A stretch of 64,000 bases of DNA from Octopus sinensis (Eukaryota): assembly GCF_006345805.1 (NCBI RefSeq), contig NC_043010.1, forward strand, positions 62,806,001 through 62,870,000. Direction: 5' to 3'. The position numbers and the translations under genes were made by a program. Shown piece after piece: positions 53,391 through 64,000 of this stretch. Every line of letters starts with the position of its first letter. The stretch's first letter is position 1. The notes below the pieces were generated by a model, which made no database searches, had not been told where the DNA came from, and saw only the letters and a program-made list of their open reading frames with translations.

Positions 53391-55376
53391 TCACCAGGGA
53401 CAGAGGATAGAGCTAACCGGAGTATACTCTCTTAAACTTTTGCAAGAATTTGGCTTCAAGAAATTATTCTTCACAGAGCCATGGCTCTTCTGATGACTCT
53501 GCAGCTTGAGCGCAGACGCAAATTGCCGTGGGCACATGTTGCACTGCAGCAGAGGTTCACTGTGTATCTTCATGTGCAGCATGACAGCTTCCTTGTCTGG
53601 GAATTTCTGCAGACAAACATGGCACTCGTGCAGTGCCAAATGATCTTCATTGTGCTGATGAGCAACGGCAGGGACTGTAATGATGCTCTCGTGGTTATTC
53701 ATGGCCAATATATGGGCGTCCTCGGCGCCGTTGCTGACCTGCATTCCCTGCATTCTCTGCTGTTGTACAAGAAAGTCTTTTTTCATGCAGATATCACAGG
53801 GTTCGGTGTGGTTCTTGTCAGGTGTGTTGTTGCTGTTGAGATTGTTCAAGTGGATGCGTCTGTGTATCTGTAGTTTGTCACTGCGATTAAAATCACGGGC
53901 ACAGAATTCACAGTGGAAGGGCTTCTCCCCCGTGTGAATTCTACGATGGACCTGAAGCTTGTCTTTCCTGGCAAACTGTCGGCTGCAAAGATCACAGTGG
54001 AAAGGCTTCTCCCCAGTATGGGTCCGTTCATGGATCATAAGTTTATCTCTCTGGATGAACTGTTTCGGGCAATAATTACACTGAAAGGGTCTGTCCCCTG
54101 TGTGGATTTTCCGATGCAGTTGCAGCTTATCACGGCGGGAAAAGCATTTTGTACAGATCTCACAAGCAAATGGTTTCTCACCCGTGTGAGTACGTCTGTG
54201 GATGACCAAGTTGTCCTTTTGGGCAAAAGATTTGGGACAAATGTCACAGGAAAAGGGTTTCTCCCCCGTGTGGGTCCTACGATGAACTTGGAGTTTGTCC
54301 CCGCGAGAAAACTGCTTACAACAAATATCGCAAGAGAAGGGACGCTCCCCTGTATGAATTCTTTCGTGAATCTTCAGCTTCTCTCTTTGAATGAATCTTT
54401 TGCCGCAATAGGTGCAAGGAAACGGTCTTTCCCCAGTGTGGATCCTCCGATGAATTTGGAGTTTATCTCCTCGTGAAAACTGTTTCAAACAAAACTCGCA
54501 GTGATAGGGTTTGGCACCGGTGTGGACAGTCTCGTGGATTTTCAGCTTGTCTTTGCGCGAGAACTGCTTCGGACAATAACTGCAGTGGAATGGTTTCTCC
54601 CCCGTGTGGGTCCGCTCATGGATCTGCAACTTGTCTCGGTGAACAAACTGTTTCGCACAATAGTTACAATTGAACAACTTCTCCCCCGTATGAATCCGTT
54701 TATGGATCTGCAACGTATTCCTCCTTGTGAACTTCTTGGGACACAGATCACAATGGAATGGCTTATCTGGCACCGGTTGCGTCGTCAACAGAAGGTTACC
54801 CAACGTAGAAATACGACTAACCATACTGGTAGACGTCAGGTCCTTCTTGAAGAGGGCCATTGGTTTATGTTGAATATGGATGGGGTCATTATTGCAGTAA
54901 GTATCGCTGCAGTTGTTCTCCTTGCCAGCAATTGCGTTGCAATCGTTGTCCCGTTTCTCTGCAACATCAGCAGCAAGTGACGGCTGTTTCTCAAGGACCC
55001 CATTAGTGATGGGGCAACCATTCTCTCCGGTGCACTCTTGTAATGACGATGGGGTCAAGAAGCAGTTCTGCATAAACTGTTTCCCGTAAATATCATCAAT
55101 AGAGATTTTCTGATTTGTTGGAAATAATCCATGTGTCTTCAAGTAACAACGCTGAAGGAACTGGTTACTCAAGATCTGATGTGTAAAGTGGGGTGGCGGT
55201 GGTTTGGGGCTCGTAGTCGGTGGTCTCCGATGAGCTGCTGGGATTGTGTAGGGTTGAGCAAATTGTCTTTCGTATGGAATGGCATGTGAAGGAGGTCGGT
55301 CAACTGTTGCTACCTCGTTACTTTTCTTAATGATTGCTTCCTCGGTTATTTTTGACAAGTTAGTTTTATCCATCAT
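53391..55376 (-). CDS. C2H2 zinc-finger protein, 661 aa from first ATG: 11 tandem fingers plus 2 C-terminal fingers
   Basis: Intact ORF with repeated CxxC...HxxxH and TGEKPF-type linkers. The ORF track starts at a TTG (55409); the first ATG is 55376. Upstream acceptor-like tttttcAG at 55535-55536. Confidence 0.97.
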   Translation of the reverse strand: MMDKTNLSKITEEAIIKKSNEVATVDRPPSHAIPYERQFAQPYTIPAAHRRPPTTSPKPPPPHFTHQILSNQFLQRCYLKTHGLFPTNQKISIDDIYGKQFMQNCFLTPSSLQECTGENGCPITNGVLEKQPSLAADVAEKRDNDCNAIAGKENNCSDTYCNNDPIHIQHKPMALFKKDLTSTSMVSRISTLGNLLLTTQPVPDKPFHCDLCPKKFTRRNTLQIHKRIHTGEKLFNCNYCAKQFVHRDKLQIHERTHTGEKPFHCSYCPKQFSRKDKLKIHETVHTGAKPYHCEFCLKQFSRGDKLQIHRRIHTGERPFPCTYCGKRFIQREKLKIHERIHTGERPFSCDICCKQFSRGDKLQVHRRTHTGEKPFSCDICPKSFAQKDNLVIHRRTHTGEKPFACEICTKCFSRRDKLQLHRKIHTGDRPFQCNYCPKQFIQRDKLMIHERTHTGEKPFHCDLCSRQFARKDKLQVHRRIHTGEKPFHCEFCARDFNRSDKLQIHRRIHLNNLNSNNTPDKNHTEPCDICMKKDFLVQQQRMQGMQVSNGAEDAHILAMNNHESIITVPAVAHQHNEDHLALHECHVCLQKFPDKEAVMLHMKIHSEPLLQCNMCPRQFASALKLQSHQKSHGSVKNNFLKPNSCKSLREYTPVSSILCPW

Positions 55377-55534
55377 GTTTCTAGAGAATTTCACCTCGAA
55401 TTGACTCAAAGATGGACGAGCAACACAGAACAGGATTCAATATTCTTCACAGGGAAAAAATAAATATTCGGATTCTCTATTTTAACAGGAACGTCAGCAG
55501 CTGATCCATTTACACTTGTTATCAAAGGAGATAC
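55377..55534 (-). other. Probable 5' UTR part of the ZNF coding exon after a 3' splice site
   Basis: Polypyrimidine tract ttttttcttctatttttcag followed by gtatctcc. The frame read through from upstream stops at 55406, so this part is probably non-coding. Confidence 0.6.
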
Positions 55535-55886
55535 CTGAAAAATAGAAGAAAAAAACATATTAACATTTATGGAGATATAATATAAAAATATACATATATA
55601 TATATATATATACACATCTACATATAAATGTATCTGACAAAACACATCACAACAGAATTCTTTGTCTTATCAGCTTACAAAGATACTAAATTTTACGTGC
55701 AAAAATACGTACCACCATTTAATCTAGAATATGGATAAAACGAATTTAAAAAAGAAGAAAGCAATGAGAAATACTGCAATGGTTTAGTCCAAGGCTGGGG
55801 CCAACTTAGGAGACTGACTTAACCCTTTTGGTGACTGCTCATCTAAGACTGCTACTTGGTTCTATGTATGATACATACTTCCTGTT

Positions 55887-56113
55887 TTAACCCTTTCATG
55901 ACCAACCCGGCTGAAACCGGTTCTGGCTCTGAGTACAAATGTCTTGTTTTCAAAAGTTTTGAATTAAAATCTTCCACCAAACCTTAGTCACAATTTATGT
56001 TCCTAACACTAGCTTAATGATAACTAAGTTATTTTACTAAATTCTTTGGTATATTAAAAATAATTGAAAGAAACACAGAGCATCTCAAAATAAATACAGT
56101 AATGAAAGGGTTA
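55887..56113. mobile_element. piggyBac-like MITE (TTAA-CCCTTT ends)
   Basis: ttaaccctttcatgacc...gtaatgaaagggtta. Same family at 42491-42708, 42732-42830 and 42863-43068; the last copy is duplicated together with its left flank (42468 vs 42843). A related family lies at ~3285-3600, 27105-27335 and 29965-30195. Confidence 0.7.
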
Positions 56114-56851
56114 GTTTAAAAATCACAAAGTTATTTCACTAAATTCTGCATTTTTTTCATAATTAATTGAAACGAAGGCAGTATATATTCTAACACAAAT
56201 ATGGTAACAAAAGGGTTAAAGTGATCTAAACCATCCAACCATCAAAATTCCAGGTGAATTTATGTTCCAAGTATCAGCTTAATAACAAAAAGATATTTGA
56301 CTAAATTTTTCATTACTTTAAAATTAATTGACACAAAGAGTATTCCGCATCTACATCAACTAATGTGTGTTTACTCCTTCCTTATTTTCTGATGGCAGGC
56401 TTTGATCAAAAAAGGCCTGGCTGCTATTTTTAGCATGTTATGTGTCCACGTAGAGGCTCAGACCCCGACTCGGAGACATGGATATAAATTGCTCTGATGG
56501 TATGGCCAAGGCAGTGAGCAGTTTCACTTTGTCTCATTCCTAAATAGTATACAGCAAGTTTAGTGCAGTAATTTACATCAGCTTAATTAACAATAGTTCG
56601 TTTACACAATTAACTATGATAAAATATGCCCCAGCGAAATATCTAATTAAATTTTTTTTTTTTTAAATATTATAAATGGAAAAACATTCATCTGAAGTTA
56701 TTTTGAGTTGGACTGGAAATGTGTATATACATACACACACTCATGTGTGCATGTATGTATATACATGCACACATGCGTGTGTGTGTGTGTGCGCGTGCGT
56801 GTATATATATATATTTACACACGCATTTATATATTACGATGGTGATACAGA

Positions 56852-56904
<53 letters not shown>

Positions 56905-57145
56905 TCATGTGTGCATGCATGTATATACACGTACACATGCGTGTGTTGTGTGTGTGTGTGTGTATATATACATATATTTACACACACACATTTATATATT
57001 ATGATGGTGATACAGATGTATATATATATATATATATACATGTGCACATGTGCTTGTGTTGTATGTATATATTTACACACATATTATGATGGTGATACAA
57101 ATGTGTGTATATATATATTCACAAACATATTATGATGGTGGTACA

Positions 57146-57207
<62 letters not shown>

Positions 57208-57260
57208 TCACATACTGAGAAACAAACAAGACAGGTTGAGACAGACAAATCATACATACA

Positions 57261-57351
57261 ATGTTGCTCCGAAGTAACTTTCTTAATCACACTGCCGAAC
57301 CAGTTATCATTGTGGGGGGAGTATGAAGGAACCCCCTCGGGAGATTTAAAT
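57261..57351 (-). repeat. Inverted exact copy of 50110-50199 flanked by a 16-bp direct repeat
   Basis: 57258-57347 is the exact reverse complement of 50110-50199. acaaatcatacataca occurs at 57245-57260 and 57352-57367. Confidence 0.95.
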
Positions 57352-58416
57352 ACAAATCATACATACAGTTAGATAGAAAAACAAGCATATACATAAAAGG
57401 GTAAACACACACACACACAACCACGCACACAAACAGACGGCATCTGTTGGCGACATATTAAGTTCTAACCACAGAAATGCTTCTATATGATAAATGTGTA
57501 TATAAATGTGTGTATGCAAGCTTGCATGCGTACGTGTGCATATGACTAGCCGCACGCAGCAGCTTACTGTACAACAGTACATTCATGACAAACGAATAGT
57601 GCAGGAGGTGCACAGACAGTGCATGGCAAATGTGCAGTTTGCAATCATACGATGATGATGGTGGTGGTGGTGGATTATTAATTCTTCTGCATGCCACTGA
57701 TTCACTGTGCATACTTACTCAGAAACTAGCACACCTGATGCACTGCTGTGCATTTACATGCAAGTGTCAAATAAGGTATTTGATGGCAGCGTTGGCAGTA
57801 ATGGTGGTGGTAGTGGCTTTCTGTTGTTTGACGACGAGGATTCAGTTGTTTGAGCTCAACTGAATTACCCGCCCTAGAATTAATGTCTAACTGGCTGAGT
57901 ATTTCTATAGACATGTGTACCTTTAACACAGCTCACAGGTAGAATCAGCACAGCACAGTCTGCGACAAGACAAACCTGCAAACCTTTTTAAATTGCAATC
58001 AACTCAATGGGCTTCCCTACAGTTTCCACCAGCCAAATCGGCTCAGTTTCGGTCAGCCCAAGATTATAGTGGAGTAAAAAAATAAACTTGCTCAAGGTTC
58101 CACACAGTGGAACTGAAATTGAAACCAAGACCACAGACTTTGAAAGCTAACTTCCTTTCACACAGTCATGCCTACACCTATACATATGTGTGTGGATGTG
58201 TGTGTGTGTGGTGTGTGTATATATATATATATATATATACAGACATACACACAGATGCTTATGCAGACCTTGCTGGTACTGGTGACATGTAAAAAACATC
58301 CAGCCATAGTAACCATGCCAAAATGGTCAGCGGTGCTTGAAGCAATCTTGCCATCCCCTGCCAAACTACTCAAGCCATACCCAGCATGCAGGAAAGACAG
58401 ATGTCAAATGATGACA

Positions 58417-58461
<45 letters not shown>

Positions 58462-59478
58462 ACAAATTACAAAGGGTGGCTTATAAGCAATTAGAACTCA
58501 AAGGTAAAATTAACAGAAGTCACAAAAGTGACAAGGTGTACAGACCAGCACTGCTTTTGCTAAAAATAAGAGTTAAAGCAACTCCAAAGTCACAAAAGCA
58601 CTCTCTTAACGACAGCGTGTATATATATATATCTGAGAAAATTCTAGAGCTCTATTACTGAAGCCATATTTGAAGTGAACTTTCTCTCACAAAACTTTTC
58701 TTTGAAAAAAAAAAAAAAAAAAGGGATGAAAGAATCATCTCCCTTTGAAACCAACGATGACATCGTTAAGGTAAAGTGACAAAGACACACAAAGATGTAG
58801 AACAAGCGTCTGATTCACAGGGAAACAGAAATGGACAATCCTTCCCACACACACACACACACAATCGCATACGTAAGCATACATAAATGTAAACAGATGC
58901 AGGCTGTGTATCTTCATGCGTGTATTTGTTGTAGAAATGTGTGTGTGGTGGTTCTTATGTGTGTATAAGACATGGTCCTTCTGTTAGAGCGCTTGGAGTA
59001 GGGGACGATGTTCCATTTGTATGCTGTATTTTGCCTCTCCCCCCAACACACCCTTCTTAACACCAACCATTCTACAGAAAGTACTGGGAGTAGTTTGTTG
59101 TAGCACCAGCATTAGTTGGGTTGCCCTGTCTCCCGAAACACTTCCCAATACTCTGTCTCTGTTATCTCTCTACTCATACACACACATATACATTGTTACA
59201 CAGAGTTTCCCAAGTTAGTCTGACCTTCACTGTAAAGGTTACAAAAGTTTAACATACATAGATGTATATATAACTCTCCTTTCCTCTCTCTCCCTCTCTA
59301 TGTACTCACACATGTTTATACACACATCTAGACTATCTTGCATTCATATATATACACACCGCTCCAGGGTTATGCACCACCTCTACAAACTTTCGTCACC
59401 ACATGTAGACAAACAAGGAGAGGTGTGTAGAATGAGTTGATAGAATATATATGTGTATACATATACATACATGGAAGG

Positions 59479-59511
<33 letters not shown>

Positions 59512-59634
59512 TCTGCAAGTTTAAATTACAAATACATATATATATGTATATATACACGCACACACACATATATACATATATTATATATATATAGATATGT
59601 GTATATATGTGTGTGTGTGTATATATAGATAATA

Positions 59635-59672
<38 letters not shown>

Positions 59673-59676
59673 ATCT

Positions 59677-59727
<51 letters not shown>

Positions 59728-61213
59728 GTATGTATATATATATATATATATATATGTACTTGTGTGTATATATGTGTGTGTATATATATATTGTATGCAT
59801 ACATATATTTATATATAAATTAGCATGTGTGGGGCTATGTGTGGGGGTGCTCTTGTTGCCTCTGGCCTATCCCAGTGGACCTTAGCAAGTCACCAGCCAG
59901 CCAGCCAACCAACCCACAAACCTTCACCATTCTCTCCCTCCTTCTACCTCTGTCTCTCCTTCCTTTTCTGTCAACCAGTGAAAACTCACCACTAACCTAA
60001 CCATCATACCATCACCATACACACACAGACAGACAGCAGTCTGCTGTGTATGTGTGTGTATATGACTGTGTGACTCACTGCCACAACACACAGTACAGAG
60101 AGAGAAAGAGACCTCCTTGGAGGACTGACAGACATAGCAGAGAGAGAGAAAAAGAGAAAATGGGGGGGGAACAGAAATTTGGTGGAGGCGGCGGCAGAGT
60201 AGTCTGTGTGTGGGGGAAATAGAAGTGCAGGGGGTGGGAGTGCTATTAAGTGAGGTGAACAGTCCTTGGGCGGCGCTGGTGGTGGTGATGAAGCACTGGT
60301 TGGTGTAGTTTGTTGTTAGTGGCAGTGGTATATTGTGTTGTTGGTAAGGGGTGTGTGTGTGTGTGGGGGAGGTGGGCAGAGAACGGGGGGGGGACTTGTG
60401 GCAGTAGCAGTGGTGGTGTGGAGGAAGAGGAGGTGATGGGGGTTGGTAGTGGTTTGTTCTGTGGTGGTGGTGACAGTGGCAGCAGCGGTGGTGGCAGAGA
60501 GACAGTGGTGTACTGTGATGGTGGTGGTGGTGGTGGTGGCGGCGGCCGTGGTAGTGGTGACAGTGCACTGGTAAATGTGTTGTCAGTGATGTGCTGGTGG
60601 TGGTGGTAGAGTGTTTTCCTGATATGCTTTTGTAGTGGTGGTGGTGGGCGGTGGAAGGGGTGGATTCCTAGCAGAGTAAAAAAAAAAAAGTGTATCTGTG
60701 CTGGCAGCTGTGGTGGTGGTGGTGCAGGTCCAGGTGGTGGTGAGTGTGGGTGTTATAGTGAAATTTGGGTGTGTTTTGTGTATGTGTTGGTAGGTGGTAG
60801 CGATGGTGGTGGTGGTGGTGGTAGAGGCGCGGGGGGGGGGATGCGAGGATCAGAGGTGTTGTGGGAGGGGGGAAGAGGGTGGGAGAGTAAGTGACTGAGC
60901 ATGGAGGAGTGGGAGGTGAAGTGGTGTGATAGGGCTGCGGGTGGGGGGAGCACTAGGTGGTGGTCGTGGTGAATGTTTTGAGACTAATGAGATTTACATT
61001 ACTTAACTCCAGAAGGTGAGGTTCAGGGCGGGGGGGGGCGGGGGCGGTGGAGTGCTAATTATCTTGCTGTTGTATATAGCCCCAAGCCAGCCTTGGTCGA
61101 CCAGACCTAAGATCAAAACGGTTCCAGTCATGACCACCACCCCATCAGCTGTCAATGCATAGTGCAGTTAAGTGTGTTAGCCAATATGTCTGGTTTCCCA
61201 GACAGTTATGGCA

Positions 61214-61750
61214 TGAATTGAGGGAGATTTGGTTGCTATTTCTAGCTTGGTTGAGTGTCGATTGAAGGACTTCATAGAATGTGAATTGAGGGAGATTTGG
61301 TTGCTATTACTAGCTTGGTTGAATGTCGATTGAAGGACTTCATAGAATGTGAATTGAGGGAGATTTGGTTGCTATTACTAGCTTGGTTGAGTGTCGATTG
61401 AGGGACTTCATAGTTGTCATTTCTAGCTTGGTTGAGTGTCGATTGAAGGACTTCACAGAATGTGAATTGATGGAGATTTGGTTGCTATTACTAGCTTAGT
61501 TGAATGCCGATTGAGGGACTTCATAGAATGTGAATTGAGGGAGATTTAGTTGGCTGTTATTTCTAGTCCGGTCAAGTATGAATTTAAGGAGATGTTGCTA
61601 TTGTTATATGCTCAATTGAGCGTGAATTGAGGAAAATTCAGCTACTATTTCTAGTTTGGTCAAGTACAAATTGAGGGAGATTTGGCTGCCATTTCCAGCT
61701 CAGCTGAGTATGCATGTATTCAGGTAAATTTGGCTGTTGTTTCTTGCAGG
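61214..61750. repeat. 68-bp minisatellite decaying rightwards
   Basis: tgaattgagggagatttggttgctat... at 61214, 61282 and 61350, then truncated and degenerate units. Confidence 0.9.
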
Positions 61751-61956
61751 TGTAAAACACAGTGTAGCTGTTCATTCAAGCCTAAGCAGAACACGTCACA
61801 CAAATTCCCAACCACGACCATCACATCTGAATAAATGTACCTCGGAGTAATTGCATCGTTTAATGCTCCTTGTCAGTATATACAAAATAGGGGATAATCT
61901 GAGGGAGTTCTAACTGCTATTTCTTTCAAATGGGCTGGGTGTATAGGCTCTCTCTC

Positions 61957-63708
61957 TGTATATATATATGTATATATATATATTATATACATATACATTT
62001 ATATATACATTATATATATACATATACATATATATATACATATACATATATATATATACATATACATATATATATACATATACATATATATATATACATA
62101 TACATTATATATATACATATACATTATATATATACATATACATTATATATATACATATACATTATATATATACATATACATTATATATATACATATACAT
62201 TATATATATACATATACATTATATATATACATATACATATACATATATATAATACATATATATATCATACATTATATATACATACATTATATATATCATA
62301 TATATATATATACATACATTATATATATATACATACATTATATATATACATATATATATATATACATATATATATATACATACATTATATAATACATATA
62401 GTATTACATATTACATTATATACACATATATACATTGTATACATATATATATATACATTGTATACATATATACATTGTATACATATATATATATACATTG
62501 TATACATATATACATTGTATACATATATATATATACATTGTATACATATATATACATTGTATACATATATACATTATATACATATATATATACATTGTAT
62601 ACATATATACATTATATACATATATACATTATATACATATATACATTGTATACATATATATATACATTGTATACATATATATATACATTGTATACATATA
62701 TACATTATATACATATATATATACATTGTATACATATATATATACATTGTATACATATATACATTATATACATATATACATTATATACATATATATATAC
62801 ATTGTATACATATATATATACATATATACATTATATACATATATATATACATTGTATACATATATATATACATTATATACATATATACATTATATACATA
62901 TATACATTATATACATATATATATACATTGTATACATATACATTGTATACATATATACATTGTATACATATATACATTGTATACATATATACATTGTATA
63001 CATATATACATTGTATACATATATACATTATATACATATATTATATACCTATATATATATACATATATATGCATTATATACATATATATACATTATATAC
63101 ATATATATACATTATATACATATATATACATTATATACATATATATACACATTATATACATATATATACACATTATATACATATATACACACATTATATA
63201 CATATATACACACATTATATACATATATACACACATTATATACATATATACACACATTATATACATATATACACACATTATATACATATATACACACATT
63301 ATATACATATATACACACATTATATACATATATACACACATTATATACATATATACACACATTATATACATATATACACACATTATATACATATATACAC
63401 ATTATATACATATATACACATTATATACATATATACACATTATATACATATATACACATTATATACATATATACACATTATATACATATATATACATTAT
63501 ATACATATATACACATTATATACATATATACACATTATATACATATATACACATTATATACATATATATACATTATATACATATATATATATTATATACG
63601 TTATATACATATATATTATATATATATATATATATTATATACATACACACACATATATATATATATATATTATATACATACACACACATATATATATATA
63701 TATACATA
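61957..63708. repeat. 1.75-kb TA/CA compound micro/minisatellite
   Basis: tatatacat/acattatatac units with ~20-22-bp periodicity over 63090-63570. Confidence 0.97.
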
Positions 63709-64000
63709 GTGGTAGTGCAGTTGATGGCGTTTGTCTTGGTGCAGCGGTGGTCATGCAACGGCGGCGATGGTGTTGGCGGTGCAGTGTTCTGGGTTGCAGG
63801 TGCAGCAATGTGACAAGTTGCAGTGGAGGGGGTGACGGGGACGCGGGGGTGGCAATGCAGTATGGTGCGAAGTATGTTAAGGTGTTAGTGGGTGTCGCGG
63901 CAGCAGAGTCGGCGACGGCGGGGGACATTGTGTGTTTTGCGTGCTTGTGGTGGTGGCGTTACGCATGCATGCGTGCGTGCGTGTGTGTGTGCAGCAGTGA

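Noticed and set aside
53481-54980. Plus-strand ORFs of 130-187 aa
   Set aside because: Antisense shadows of the repetitive zinc-finger CDS.
61930-63813. 627-aa and other Y/I/H/T/C/V-rich ORFs (also 6930-7541, 14468-16220, 59396-59885)
   Set aside because: Translations of TA/CA microsatellites that lack stop codons by composition.

Overview
AT-rich, repeat-dense eukaryotic DNA. The SINE/MITE families and the clustered C2H2 genes make a coleoid cephalopod (Octopus-like) the likely source; this is inference, not searched. Two C2H2 zinc-finger genes lie on the minus strand. One runs off the left edge (844..<1) and is absent from the ORF track; the other has 13 fingers (55376..53391). The rest is tRNA-derived SINEs, LINE remnants (Tx1/L1, two CR1, RTE), a mariner-type transposase relic, MITEs, Penelope-like termini and micro/minisatellites that generate most of the listed ORFs. 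The best candidates for an undescribed system are RNA-based. (1) A 350-bp tandem dimer at 35482-36202 in which each unit carries a canonical type I hammerhead ribozyme, the architecture of a retrozyme/circRNA element. (2) Three further families of minimal hammerheads, one fused behind a tRNA-like Pol III head. (3) A near-complete U2 snRNA fused to a retroposon 3' tail. There is also a recent 90-bp templated insertion with a 16-bp target duplication that places identical inverted repeats around the 13-finger gene. All structures were read by eye; no folding or database search was run.
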